A stretch of 64,000 bases of DNA from a virus (IMGVR_UViG_3300022751_000016:78451-142450); one strand, 5' to 3'; shown: positions 9,468-19,586, counted from the stretch's first letter. The notes: generated from the sequence alone by a model not told the origin. A program made the numbers and translations.

Positions 9468-9707
9468 ATGAAGTTAGTAATCAACCCAGCAGAATTCGAG
9501 CATTTAGAAAATAAGTCTCACCGTAATCACAATTATTACAAAGATAAAAACGGCATAGAAATATTAGAAATCTGTCACGAAGAATGGCATTTTTATGAAT
9601 ATAGGTTAATAGAAGGAGACGCTTGGACTTTCTTAGGTTCATCAGTTTATTCTATAAGCGCAAAAGATTATGAAGTAGAGATAGATTTTAAACAGTTTTA
9701 TACTTAA
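9468..9707 (+). CDS. hypothetical protein
   Basis: 79-aa ORF in the array. Confidence 0.65.
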   Translation: MKLVINPAEFEHLENKSHRNHNYYKDKNGIEILEICHEEWHFYEYRLIEGDAWTFLGSSVYSISAKDYEVEIDFKQFYT

Positions 9708-9711
9708 CACT

Positions 9712-10746
9712 ATGATAAATACGGTAGATAAATACAAAGATAGTTTGTACATTAGGTTTAATGAAAGTGGCGATATTTACAAGGGAATAACCAAAGTACC
9801 ACACTATAAAACTTGGATAAAGTTATTAAATCATCTTAAGAAAAGAGGGTTCGCTATAAAAACGGCAAACTATTTTATTAGGAAAAATTGGGGATTAACA
9901 TACCATAAAATAGCTATAAAAAATAATGTTGCCATATATGTAGAGTGTATGGAGTCTCAAATACAAATTAAATTTGGAGATGTGAAAAATCTTTGGGACG
10001 ATGAGCATAATTTCTGGTCTCTAACAGATAGAAGAAGTGAGCAATTGATTTACTTAGAAGCTAAGAGGGTAGAATTAGAGGTGAGTAAGCTATTGTCTTT
10101 ATTTCCGAAAGATAAAATTAAGATAGAATCTACAAAAGAATTATCATCAACAGAAAAAATTCTCAAAGATAAAAAAGAAAGTAGCCATAACAGAGATAAA
10201 TCTAAGTTAGATGAATTAGGTTTGGACGGAATAGTGTATCAAATGAGTGAGTACGACCTTAATCAAAACTCAAATGACAGAGATAAGAAAAGGATTAATT
10301 GCGGAGAACTAAAATATTTTTACGATTATGATAAAAGGCTCAAATGTGGAAGAGTTTATCATCAGTTGAATAATAGATGGTATGTTTTAGCAGGTGGAGA
10401 GGTAGATTATGTTTCATCTTTTGATTTGTTTGACTATAGTAGTGAACCGCGCCGAAAACAATTAAAAACAGAAGAAAAAATAAATCGCTTGGAATCAGAG
10501 TTAAGAAAATATGAATCTAAGAAAAATTATCTACGATGCATGTCTATAAATAAGCAAATAGATAAATTAAAATCAAATGAAAAACTTTACTATGTTTGGA
10601 GCTTAAAATGGGGTAAATGGTGGGGAGCAAATAATTCAGGATATACTTCAGATAAAAGAATGGCAGGAGTATATTTAGAGAGTAATATTTTAAGAAATCA
10701 GTCTTACTATAATGATGGAGTAAGTACAAAAGCAATTTTAGCATGA
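9712..10746 (+). CDS. hypothetical protein
   Basis: 344 aa; C-terminal WWGANNSGYTSD..AGVY module. Confidence 0.8.
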   Translation: MINTVDKYKDSLYIRFNESGDIYKGITKVPHYKTWIKLLNHLKKRGFAIKTANYFIRKNWGLTYHKIAIKNNVAIYVECMESQIQIKFGDVKNLWDDEHNFWSLTDRRSEQLIYLEAKRVELEVSKLLSLFPKDKIKIESTKELSSTEKILKDKKESSHNRDKSKLDELGLDGIVYQMSEYDLNQNSNDRDKKRINCGELKYFYDYDKRLKCGRVYHQLNNRWYVLAGGEVDYVSSFDLFDYSSEPRRKQLKTEEKINRLESELRKYESKKNYLRCMSINKQIDKLKSNEKLYYVWSLKWGKWWGANNSGYTSDKRMAGVYLESNILRNQSYYNDGVSTKAILA

Positions 10747-10928
10747 CAATAATTATTATTTACGCGATTATAGCATTAACTTGCATACTATATTTTAAGA
10801 AATATATTTTCACAGATAGTGGATTTTTCTTAAGTTTCATTACAGGACTTTTCTTCCCTGCGGCATTCTTTGTATCAATAGTTTTAATTTCAATTCATTT
10901 TTTAATAAGTTTAGTATATGAAAGATAG
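10743..10928 (+). CDS. small membrane protein
   Basis: 61 aa, two hydrophobic helices. Confidence 0.65.
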   Translation: MTIIIIYAIIALTCILYFKKYIFTDSGFFLSFITGLFFPAAFFVSIVLISIHFLISLVYER

Positions 10929-11292
10929 TAAATTAATATTTGACAAAAAAGGAGAATTTGCAATAAATTTTTCTTGGGAAAATGGTGATGATGCACATTG
11001 GATTGATTTTTCAGGTGTGGAGGTTTGTTCAGATTATATGGATGAGAATAATCCTGAATTCATCACTTTTGATACAGGTTATGGTATATCAAGTGATTGT
11101 TTTGAATTTAAAGATGTGAAAGAAGAAGATTTATTTTTTACAGGTTTTATAAAATGGGATGGTTGTATGGAAATACATGATTTAAACTACCATTTCTGTC
11201 ATAACAATGATATTTTAAAAAGAGTTACTGATTTAATATATAAGTCGGGTAAAGAAATAATGATAAATAAAGCTGATTTTTATGAAAGATAA
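10918..11292 (+). CDS. hypothetical protein
   Basis: 124 aa, GFIKWDGC..HFC motif. Confidence 0.75.
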   Translation: MKDSKLIFDKKGEFAINFSWENGDDAHWIDFSGVEVCSDYMDENNPEFITFDTGYGISSDCFEFKDVKEEDLFFTGFIKWDGCMEIHDLNYHFCHNNDILKRVTDLIYKSGKEIMINKADFYER

Positions 11293-11836
11293 TATTATTT
11301 TATGTTTGTGGATAGCTTATACTATCGGGTTTGGTTTATTTGGAGTGTATATTGACCAAAAGGCTGATGCTGTAGAAATGTTCGGTTTAAGCTGTCTTTT
11401 TGGTCAAATCTTATTGGGAATATATTTACTTTTAATTCTATTATTGAATACAATGGTGGGTAAAATAAATTATAGATTTAAAATACCTCCACCTAAAAGG
11501 TTTAAAAACAAGGTAACACCTATTTACAAATTAAATGTTTATGAAGGAACTAAAAACTGTTTCTCTATTAGTAAATATCAATTAGAGTGGGTAGATATCG
11601 ACTTTTTAAATTATAGATTTTCATTAATTCCGTTTAGTGCTTTATTCCAGCGTTACAAATACGTTCCTGTAGACTTCTTCTATGAATTCGAAATGGATTT
11701 AGATGGTGTGACAGATATTGGTTTATTGTGGGAAAGTGAATACAGTAAAGAGTTGGAACTTAAATCGGCGGCACAAAAAGAAAAAGACAGAGTAAATAAA
11801 CTTAATAAAGTGTTTTTAGAGAATTATGAACAATAA
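11282..11836 (+). CDS. membrane protein
   Basis: 184 aa with two N-terminal transmembrane segments. Confidence 0.75.
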   Translation: MKDNIILCLWIAYTIGFGLFGVYIDQKADAVEMFGLSCLFGQILLGIYLLLILLLNTMVGKINYRFKIPPPKRFKNKVTPIYKLNVYEGTKNCFSISKYQLEWVDIDFLNYRFSLIPFSALFQRYKYVPVDFFYEFEMDLDGVTDIGLLWESEYSKELELKSAAQKEKDRVNKLNKVFLENYEQ

Positions 11837-12545
11837 CAACTTAGAGGTTTTTATAAAAGAATGGTTTCCTAAAACAGAAGAATGGAATAATATATCCAAG
11901 TTCATTTTAGAATCAGGGATACAAATAACAGATGATGTGAATCCTAAATGGTTAACAGGGTATACTAATATTGGTAAAAGTAGTAAGCCACATCATAAAG
12001 ATGAATATACACGCTACATGGAAGAAGGCATGTTTATGCTTCACGATGTAGTTCATCAAATATTTACTTTAGATACCGAATGTTCAGAAGAGCAGTACGT
12101 TAAAAGACAAATTTATGGAGAATTATTCACTTTTTATTTAACAGAGTACGTTATTCCTAGCAGTTATGGTTTAGGAGATAAAAGAAAAGAATATATTGTT
12201 TATAATAGAGACTGTTATAATTTATTGGATTGGGTAGTATCAGAAAAACCTCGTGTTAAATACAATATTATAGATTGGATGTGGGAAGTTTTTATAGAAG
12301 ATACAGATTTAAAATATATTAATAGGTTAGAAGAAGTTTATCTAGATAAATATCGAAAAATGTTTAAAGAAGACTTGGAGAACTCAAGAAAAAATTATAA
12401 ATTTGTACCTAATGGAATAAAGAATTATTGTATGGTTGGAGAGTCAAGTCAAAATCATATAGATTTCTTCTCTGCTGTTAAAAATGGCGCGATAAAAAAT
12501 ATAAAAAGAGATTTTAATTTAGAACTTCCTAATGAGTGGATTTAA
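11826..12545 (+). CDS. hypothetical protein with HDxxH metal-binding-like motif
   Basis: MLHDVVHQIF..YGELFT. Confidence 0.7.
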   Translation: MNNNNLEVFIKEWFPKTEEWNNISKFILESGIQITDDVNPKWLTGYTNIGKSSKPHHKDEYTRYMEEGMFMLHDVVHQIFTLDTECSEEQYVKRQIYGELFTFYLTEYVIPSSYGLGDKRKEYIVYNRDCYNLLDWVVSEKPRVKYNIIDWMWEVFIEDTDLKYINRLEEVYLDKYRKMFKEDLENSRKNYKFVPNGIKNYCMVGESSQNHIDFFSAVKNGAIKNIKRDFNLELPNEWI

Positions 12546-12568
12546 ATTAAAGATAAAAATAAAACAGA

Positions 12569-12904
12569 ATGGAAATAACAGAGCAATATTCATTTAATGA
12601 AGGAGAATACACAGATTACTCTCCTTACGAATGTGTCCAGTATATGATTGAACAAGATATGCCTAAAGAACATATTGTAGGGTGTAAACTAGAAATTTTA
12701 AAACTGGAACAATGTATACCATTAGGTAAAATTAAAGAAATTGTCTATGATAATTATGATGACCGTTTTGATGAGCAAGACTATCTGAGTGATAAACTAG
12801 AAAACATCTGGAAACAGTTTGAAGAGATAAAAATGTTCTATGCCTCAGATGAATATTACACAGTTACTGAGGAAGATTATAATGAAGTGATTAAAGATTT
12901 GTAG
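12569..12904 (+). CDS. acidic hypothetical protein
   Basis: 111 aa, D/E-rich. Confidence 0.7.
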   Translation: MEITEQYSFNEGEYTDYSPYECVQYMIEQDMPKEHIVGCKLEILKLEQCIPLGKIKEIVYDNYDDRFDEQDYLSDKLENIWKQFEEIKMFYASDEYYTVTEEDYNEVIKDL

Positions 12905-12907
12905 GTT

Positions 12908-13300
12908 ATGGGATTTAACAATGATAAAGCATGTCAACAAATATCTGACCACATAATATCAAAATATAATAAAATTGAAGTAAAAGCAGGAAAGTGTAAA
13001 TGGAATTTCAGATGCTCATTTAACAGTGTTCACTACGCCAAGAAAAATAAACATAAGAAAATAGCTATGTGTGTTTACATGGACGCAGATTATCCTATCA
13101 TACACTTTGTAAATTACAAGAATAAAAAGTTTGTAGATAATACTTTAGGAGAATGGTCTAGCAGATATGATTACTATTTTATTCGATGGATAGAACAAGA
13201 AGACATGTGGGATGTAAATAACATTTTTCGGGCTTTTAGAAGAGAACTTAGAAATAATTTGAGTTGGTGGGTAAAATTAACGAGTGATTATGATGCGTAA
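12908..13300 (+). CDS. hypothetical protein
   Basis: 130 aa; C..N..H..DNT residues loosely resemble a papain/transglutaminase-like triad (weak). Confidence 0.7.
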   Translation: MGFNNDKACQQISDHIISKYNKIEVKAGKCKWNFRCSFNSVHYAKKNKHKKIAMCVYMDADYPIIHFVNYKNKKFVDNTLGEWSSRYDYYFIRWIEQEDMWDVNNIFRAFRRELRNNLSWWVKLTSDYDA

Positions 13301-13303
13301 AAA

Positions 13304-13582
13304 ATGAGAATTCTAAAAATAACAACACTACCTCCAGCTAAAGAAGCATGGATAGATCGAGATATGATAATGCTACATGCCTGTTTTCAACTGTTAGCTG
13401 ATTTTGTAGAGAAAGAAGATGGACTGAACCACTGTAATTATGAAGCTCATAAAAAGGATATTGATGAATGTAAGGCTTTATATGATTGGTGGAAAAATGT
13501 TTATAGGATAGATATGGATTATACAATCCCTCAAGAGTATTTAGAGAGGCTGGTAAAAATCAGGTATTTTTTATGGACTTAA
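13304..13582 (+). CDS. hypothetical protein
   Basis: 92 aa, WIDRD..MLHACFQLL.DFVEKE..LYDWW. Confidence 0.75.
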   Translation: MRILKITTLPPAKEAWIDRDMIMLHACFQLLADFVEKEDGLNHCNYEAHKKDIDECKALYDWWKNVYRIDMDYTIPQEYLERLVKIRYFLWT

Positions 13583-13612
13583 TATTTTGGCGAAAAAATA
13601 AATAACAGAAGA

Positions 13613-13990
13613 ATGAAATTAATAGGCTACATAGATTACAGAGAGATATTTGAAATAGTTAAGAAAAATCACCTCAAAGAGTACCCAACAGTAGAAGAGT
13701 ATATTGAAAATATGGAGGGAGTGTACCACGTAGAGGATAAGAATGCTAGAGAGATGTATGAAGCTTTCAAAATTGATTTCTCAGAGTACGACACACCAAG
13801 TTCAACAGATGACTTTGATGATTCTGTTATATTAGACTATCTTAAAAAAGACCGTTTATTTTTAGAGTTTTCTATTGGCGGAAATGACTCTAATGAAAGT
13901 GGAGATAATTATTGGGGGTATGGGCATCAATTCACTATTAGTTTAGATGATGAGTTATTTATTGACTATAATTTTGAGAATTATTCATAA
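13613..13990 (+). CDS. acidic hypothetical protein
   Basis: 125 aa, very D/E-rich. Confidence 0.7.
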   Translation: MKLIGYIDYREIFEIVKKNHLKEYPTVEEYIENMEGVYHVEDKNAREMYEAFKIDFSEYDTPSSTDDFDDSVILDYLKKDRLFLEFSIGGNDSNESGDNYWGYGHQFTISLDDELFIDYNFENYS

Positions 13991-14006
13991 AATCGCGCGA
14001 AAAAAG

Positions 14007-14192
14007 ATGAAAAAACAGAAATATATTCATTACAATAACAAAAAATCCTACCTAGTCACAGATAAGTGTTTGATACAAGTGGACGATGAATGGAAGGAAG
14101 CTGTTTTATATAAGGAGGAGTTTGGCAGTCAATTATTTTGCCGAGAAGAAAAGGAGTTTTTAGAAAAATTTAAATTGGCTGAACATGAATAA
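14007..14192 (+). CDS. DUF1653-like small protein
   Basis: YIHYNNKKSYLV..VLYK..LFCRE..EFLEKF; the ATG at 14007 is preferred. Confidence 0.6.
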   Translation: MKKQKYIHYNNKKSYLVTDKCLIQVDDEWKEAVLYKEEFGSQLFCREEKEFLEKFKLAEHE

Positions 14193-14281
14193 AGAAGAAC
14201 TAGAAAGTCAAATTTCATGGATGGAGGAAGACTTAGAAAATTTAAAAGAACAATTGAGGAAATTATTAGAGGAGTAGAGAT

Positions 14282-16306
14282 ATGGATTTAGATAATATTT
14301 ACTGTGGTGATTTGGAATCTGATAATTTAGCAGAGGATGTTACTAAAATACACGTACTAAGTATTGCTTGGAAAAGTGATGGAGTGTGGAAAATAAAATC
14401 TACACCTAACTATGATGATATGCGAAAATTATTATCTGACCCTACAAAAGTTATTGCAATACATAATGGAATTAGATTCGATGGTAGAGTTTTAGAGCAG
14501 ATACTTGGTATAGAGATAAAAGCAACTATTATTGATACACTAGCTTTAGCTTGGTACATAGATTGTGCTAGAGGTAAGGAAGGTAAAAAGTATGGTTTAG
14601 CGTACTACGGGGAAGATACTTTTAATACTCCAAAGCCAAAGATTGATGATTGGGAGAATCTAACCTATGAAGAGTATAAATTTCGTTGTGAGGAGGATAC
14701 CAAAATAACCTATCAACTTTGGGAGTATCTACTCTTAAAATTAAGAGCTGTTTATGACAACGACGAAGATATTGTCAGAGTTATAAAATACCTTAATTTT
14801 ATCATGCTTTGCGCCAGAAAACAAGAAGAACAAAAGATTCAAGTTGATTTAGAAAAATTAGAAAGTAATTTAAAATATTTTGAGGCATTAAAAGAAGAAA
14901 AAATTAAACAGCTTATTGAGGCAATGCCTAAAATTCCTAACAAAATAACAAAAAACAGACCTAGTACTTATCATAAAAAAGATGGTTCTCTTTCTAAAGC
15001 TGCCGAAGAGTGGGAAAATATGCTAACTTCTTGTAACTTACCAAAAGATTATAGTGGAAGTATAGATGTCATAAAATCTTATGAATTAGGAAACCCAAAC
15101 TCAGTGAAACAAAAAAAAGATTGGTTGTATAGCTTAGGTTGGATTCCTCAAACATTTGTGCACAATAGAGACAAGCAGACAGGAGATGTAAAGAAAGTGG
15201 AACAAATACTTACAGAAGAGAAAATGCTTTGCCCAAGCGTCTTAAAACTAGTTGAAAAAGAACCTGCAATTGAATTGCTAGATGGACTTTCAGTTCTTAC
15301 CCATAGAATTGGAATATTTAAGGGATTGCAGAAAGCAGTTGATAAAAATGGATTTGTTATACAAGGTTTAATGCAGTTGGCGGTAAGTCTTCGCTGGCAA
15401 CACGCCCTGATTGTAAACTATCCTCGCGTTACAGGTAAAGGAGACATCAGGGATGGTAAATGGATTAGGGAGTGTCTAATAGCTGGGAAAGGTTATAAAT
15501 TTGTACAGAGTGACCTTAGTGGAATTGAATCAAGGACATCCGACCACTACACGTTCAATCTGAATAGAGAACTAATCGAAGAAACGCAGAGACCATTTTT
15601 TGACCCACACACAAAAATTTCTGTTGTTAGTAACTTAATGACGGAAGATGAAGAAATATGGTTTAAGTGGAAGAAGGAGAATAAAGAGAGGAAAGAAAAG
15701 GGGATAGAAGAGGACTTACCTCCTGAAGCTTTTGGGACACCCTCAGATAATTTTTACATACTCCAAGATTTAGATAAGGATGAAAGTAAGAAGTTAATGA
15801 ACAGATTAAAAGAGGCTAGGAGTAAAGGAAAGACTTGTAACTACGCATCACTCTACTTAGTTGGCAGTCAGACACTTGCTAGAAATTTAAACATTTCTAA
15901 GAAAGAAGCACAAGGACTAATAGATGCATATTGGAAAATTCATTGGGCAGTAAAAAAAGCTACGGAAAGTTTTGACATAAAAAAAGTAGGGGATGAGCTC
16001 TGGATATTAAATCCTATATCGAGATTCAGACATAATTTGCGTTTTGAAAAGGACTCCTTCTCGGTTGTAAACCAGTCGAGTGCAGTTTATTGCTTTAACA
16101 TGTGGCTATATAACATAACTAGACTTGGAGCTTTTCCCATATTGCAGACCCATGATGACGAATTACTAAGATGTAAGGAAGAAGAAGTTGATAAGTACGT
16201 AGCTATAACCAATAAGGCAATGGAAAACTTGAATAAGCAGTTAAAGTTAAATGTAGAATTAGCTTGTGAGGTACAAGTTGGTGATAACTTTGCAGAGACA
16301 CACTAA
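14282..16306 (+). CDS. polA: DNA polymerase family A with 3'-5' exonuclease
   Basis: ExoI DLESD, ExoII HNGIRFD, ExoIII RCEED; motif A SDLSGIESR, motif B RSKGKTCNYASLY, motif C THDD. Confidence 0.95.
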   Translation: MDLDNIYCGDLESDNLAEDVTKIHVLSIAWKSDGVWKIKSTPNYDDMRKLLSDPTKVIAIHNGIRFDGRVLEQILGIEIKATIIDTLALAWYIDCARGKEGKKYGLAYYGEDTFNTPKPKIDDWENLTYEEYKFRCEEDTKITYQLWEYLLLKLRAVYDNDEDIVRVIKYLNFIMLCARKQEEQKIQVDLEKLESNLKYFEALKEEKIKQLIEAMPKIPNKITKNRPSTYHKKDGSLSKAAEEWENMLTSCNLPKDYSGSIDVIKSYELGNPNSVKQKKDWLYSLGWIPQTFVHNRDKQTGDVKKVEQILTEEKMLCPSVLKLVEKEPAIELLDGLSVLTHRIGIFKGLQKAVDKNGFVIQGLMQLAVSLRWQHALIVNYPRVTGKGDIRDGKWIRECLIAGKGYKFVQSDLSGIESRTSDHYTFNLNRELIEETQRPFFDPHTKISVVSNLMTEDEEIWFKWKKENKERKEKGIEEDLPPEAFGTPSDNFYILQDLDKDESKKLMNRLKEARSKGKTCNYASLYLVGSQTLARNLNISKKEAQGLIDAYWKIHWAVKKATESFDIKKVGDELWILNPISRFRHNLRFEKDSFSVVNQSSAVYCFNMWLYNITRLGAFPILQTHDDELLRCKEEEVDKYVAITNKAMENLNKQLKLNVELACEVQVGDNFAETH

Positions 16307-16335
16307 AAAGTTAAGAAAATCTTAAATGATTAGGA

Positions 16336-16361
16336 AGTGTAAAAATAAAGTTGTATATTAG
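16336..16361 (+). promoter_or_regulatory. variant promoter upstream of structured leader
   Basis: AGTGTAAAAATAAAGTTGTATATTAG with a -7-like TATATTAG; closely similar to 25110-25135. Confidence 0.55.
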
Positions 16362-16365
16362 CGTT

Positions 16366-16475
16366 TTAAATTTCTTGGCGGAGATTTTAATAGCAAAATT
16401 TTAAAATAAAAAACATAAATAAGAGACACCTGTATGATGCTACCGCCATAGCTGATTATAGGTGTTCTCGTTTAT
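16366..16475 (+). ncRNA. putative cis-regulatory kissing-loop RNA leader (copy 1)
   Basis: Hairpin 1 loop TGGCGG (16376-81) is the exact reverse complement of hairpin 2 loop CCGCCA (16443-48). Confidence 0.65.
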
Positions 16476-16484
16476 AAAAATAAA

Positions 16485-17528
16485 ATGGAAATAACAAACC
16501 AACAAAAACAAGTATTACTAAGCGGTCTTTTAGGAGATGGAAGTATTAAAAGGTCACATGTGTCTTACAACTGTATGTATGAAGAATATATGCAATTTAA
16601 AAGAAGTTTACTAGGAAATTTAGCCAAATCAGAGGTTATTGAATCGGATAATTTAGGTTACAAAAAAGGTTCTAAAATTTACACTTTTTCTGGTAAATTT
16701 AATTCATATGCAGATTCTCTAGTTAATAAAGATTTATCTGAAATGATTCAAGACTTAGATGAATTGGGACTGGCTCTCTGGGTTATGGATGATGGCTCAC
16801 TTCACAAGAAGAATTATTTCTACAATATCAACACACATTCGTTTCCAAAAGAAGTTCAGGAAAAAGTATTAATTCCCGCCTTAAATAAATTTGGAATATA
16901 TCCTAAAACAATGGTTGAAAATAAACCTGATGGAAGACAGTTTCATTATTTGTATATTTCAAAATGGAATGGTGCAATGATTATTTCTCGAATACTTAGA
17001 AACTATGCTGTAAATTGTTATAAATACAAACTCATACCTAAAGAAATTGAAGACGCTTACTTTAAACTAGATTTAGAAGTTTTCAATGCACTACCAACAG
17101 AGTATGCAAAAACAAGTTATTTATTAAAACAGAACGGAGTTCGACAAATGAGTGATTTACTAATGAATAATACAAAAGGTAAAGAGTACACTTACGAAGA
17201 ATTAGACGAGTTATGGAATAAAACTTTTCCAAAAACAGATTGTGTCTTTTCTATATATGATTTTAAGAAAACAAAAGAAGGTGAGGATGAAAATGTCTTA
17301 ATACCACAAGTTAATTTTTTAGATGAAAATCCTATTGTTAAGGGGTCTTTTAAATTGTCTTTTAACACTTGGAAATATGGTGAAACTTTTTATTCTATCG
17401 AGGGAAGGTCACTTACTTGGAAAACGCTTCTAGATATTATAGATAAACATGGAGATGGACATCACATATTTTTAGAATTAATTGAAATTAAGAATAACAA
17501 CGAAGTGTTTGTATTTTTAGGCAGTTAG
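16485..17528 (+). mobile_element. free-standing LAGLIDADG homing endonuclease with C-terminal extension
   Basis: LLSGLLGDGSI and LALWVMDDGSL motifs; lies directly downstream of polA. Confidence 0.85.
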
Positions 17529-17534
17529 TATAAA

Positions 17535-17559
17535 GAGTCCTCTTAACCGAGGATTTTTT
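17535..17559 (+). terminator. intrinsic terminator
   Basis: GAGTCCTC-TTAACC-GAGGATTT stem-loop followed by a T-run. Confidence 0.8.
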
Positions 17560-17583
17560 ATTTTTAAAATAATCACCCAATTC

Positions 17584-17615
17584 TTTGTTTATATCATATG
17601 TATTGCTTATCTTTG
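17584..17615 (+). promoter_or_regulatory. Bacteroidota sigma70 promoter
   Basis: TTTG-N20-TATCTTTG. Confidence 0.85.
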
Positions 17616-17659
17616 CAGTGTAAATCACTGTTTTTTAACCCTTTTACCGCGAAATTAAT

Positions 17660-17887
17660 ATGGAAAGACTATTTAGAACCGTTAAAATATCAGAAAGACT
17701 GCCTGACATGGGTAAACGAGTTATGTTTTTAGATGAGGGCTATAAAAATGAGATAATGCACGATTATCATCCTCACGAAAAAATAGAAATAAAGAAAAAT
17801 AAATTTATACAAATGTTGGATTGTCATTTTGTAACAGAGTATTTAAAAAATAATTATACTCATTGGCTTGAAGAAATTGAACAATAA
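17660..17887 (+). CDS. DUF551-like small protein
   Basis: VKISERLP..YTHWLEE. Confidence 0.6.
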   Translation: MERLFRTVKISERLPDMGKRVMFLDEGYKNEIMHDYHPHEKIEIKKNKFIQMLDCHFVTEYLKNNYTHWLEEIEQ

Positions 17888-17891
17888 AAAT

Positions 17892-18233
17892 ATGAAAATA
17901 GAATTAAATCAAGAAGTAATAGTAGTAGGTATCGGAAATAATGCCAGATATAAAACACCAATCCACGAAGGTAAAGTTAGTAAAATAGGAAGGAAATGGT
18001 TTGAGGTAGATACATTTGACAGAGAGAAATTCTCTTTGGAAGATGGAAGAAGTGATGGTAAAGGTTATATGCCTGAGTGGCAAGTTTTTAATTCCTTAGA
18101 TGATTACAATGAATACTTAAATAAACCTAAACTAATTAATGAAATTACCAGAGATTTGAATAAGTTACTGAATTACAAACAGTTAGTTGAAGTTCAATTA
18201 TTGATTAAATCTTTTAATGCGGAAAATAAATAA
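17892..18233 (+). CDS. small beta-barrel-like hypothetical protein
   Basis: GKVSKIGRKWFEV motif; the ATG at 17892 is preferred. Confidence 0.65.
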   Translation: MKIELNQEVIVVGIGNNARYKTPIHEGKVSKIGRKWFEVDTFDREKFSLEDGRSDGKGYMPEWQVFNSLDDYNEYLNKPKLINEITRDLNKLLNYKQLVEVQLLIKSFNAENK

Positions 18234-18238
18234 TAATT

Positions 18239-18469
18239 ATGACAGGAATTCAATGCCACCAAGGACACGTATTTAGTATGATTTCAGATGATTATATTGA
18301 TGCAGAATGGAAATTACAAGAGTGTTATTATATGTCTCAGGAATGTGAGGTAGTTAAAGATGAGTTTTTATCTTTTTCTCCGGCTAGCGAAACTAAAGAT
18401 TGTAGTCACTGTTCTATATTAGAACATAAGTTTGAAGAATTAATAGAAGAAATTAAAGGAGAATTATGA
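18239..18469 (+). CDS. hypothetical protein
   Basis: 76 aa, CHQGH..CSHC. Confidence 0.65.
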   Translation: MTGIQCHQGHVFSMISDDYIDAEWKLQECYYMSQECEVVKDEFLSFSPASETKDCSHCSILEHKFEELIEEIKGEL

Positions 18470-18882
18470 AAGAATTAGAAAACAAAATCAGAGAAGTTTT
18501 ACCTCACTTGCAAGTTATAGAAAAAGGACAACTGTTCCATTCCAAGTACTATGGTAATATAACAGCCACTAAAGTAACATATCATGGAGGAGAAGCTTAT
18601 TCTATTTATGGTTTTTGTGAAGAAGGATTGCCGAGAGATTGCTACTATCCTAAAGAGTTAGAATTAGTTGGAAAACCTATTATGTTAAATGATGTCTTAC
18701 TATGGCATTCAACTAACGGAAGAGATTTATATTCTCATTTTGAAGTGAATATGGGACAAGGTGTATTTAGAATTTATGATTCAGAAGAGAGTTATTCAAT
18801 TATTTGGGATTTATCTTATCTTTTTCTAGCCGACCAAAGTGAAGAACTTATTGAATTTTTAAATGATATAGATTATGAATGA
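18466..18882 (+). CDS. hypothetical protein
   Basis: 138 aa, GKPIMLNDVL..WDLS..L.DQSEE. Confidence 0.75.
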   Translation: MKELENKIREVLPHLQVIEKGQLFHSKYYGNITATKVTYHGGEAYSIYGFCEEGLPRDCYYPKELELVGKPIMLNDVLLWHSTNGRDLYSHFEVNMGQGVFRIYDSEESYSIIWDLSYLFLADQSEELIEFLNDIDYE

Positions 18883-19019
18883 TAATTTAGAAGACTTTCA
18901 AGGATATATAGACTTAGACTTGATAACAGAAGAACGCTGGAGAATATGGGCAGAAATTTGCAAACATATTCCTAAAGGAACAGAACAATCAGATTTAATA
19001 CATAAAATAATATTTGAAA

Positions 19020-19445
19020 ATGACTAAAGAAGAAAGAATAAAATCAGAATGGGATAAATTTGGTATTTCAGAAAACATAGATGTTGATGGATGGGCGGAT
19101 ATGTATGTAGTTGCAGGCATAAATACTTTATCTGATAGATTTCATTATAAGGAGTATTCAGAACATAGTAATAATTTTGAAACTATTTTGTGTAGACCAA
19201 AATCTATTTCAGGAATAGAAAACAACAACGGCTGGATTAAAATTGAAAGTGAAGAGGATTTACCTAAACAAGATATTCGATGCGAATTTATAAAGGATAA
19301 TGGTAAGCAATTATACGGCAGATTTGAAAATAGAATGGGTGGTTTGTTTATAGATGAAAGTAGAAGATTTGAAAGTCCTGAATACCGTACAGAATCAGTA
19401 ACCCACTACCAACCAATTGAAAAGTTACCATCTCCATTACACTAA
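19020..19445 (+). CDS. DUF551-like protein
   Basis: NNNGWIKIESEEDLP..VTHYQPIEK. Confidence 0.7.
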   Translation: MTKEERIKSEWDKFGISENIDVDGWADMYVVAGINTLSDRFHYKEYSEHSNNFETILCRPKSISGIENNNGWIKIESEEDLPKQDIRCEFIKDNGKQLYGRFENRMGGLFIDESRRFESPEYRTESVTHYQPIEKLPSPLH

Positions 19446-19586
19446 AACTTATGAATAATGAAACTAAAAAGATAGCTATTAAATTTGCAAATTGGCTAAG
19501 AGAAGTTGACGTTCACGAAAGAGCTGAAGAATGGTTTGGATTTTCCGATGAAGATATGTTTGAATACTTTTTAAAAAACGTAAACT

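Noticed and set aside
14282-16306. Intein in DNA polymerase (charged insert between motifs A and B)
   Set aside because: The insert is only about 50 aa, with no Cys/Ser start, His-Asn end or endonuclease motifs
16366-16475. Hammerhead ribozyme or group I intron around the LAGLIDADG gene
   Set aside because: CTGATTA is not the CUGANGA core and no correctly placed GAAA was seen. polA is complete through motif C, so no interrupted exon is evident.
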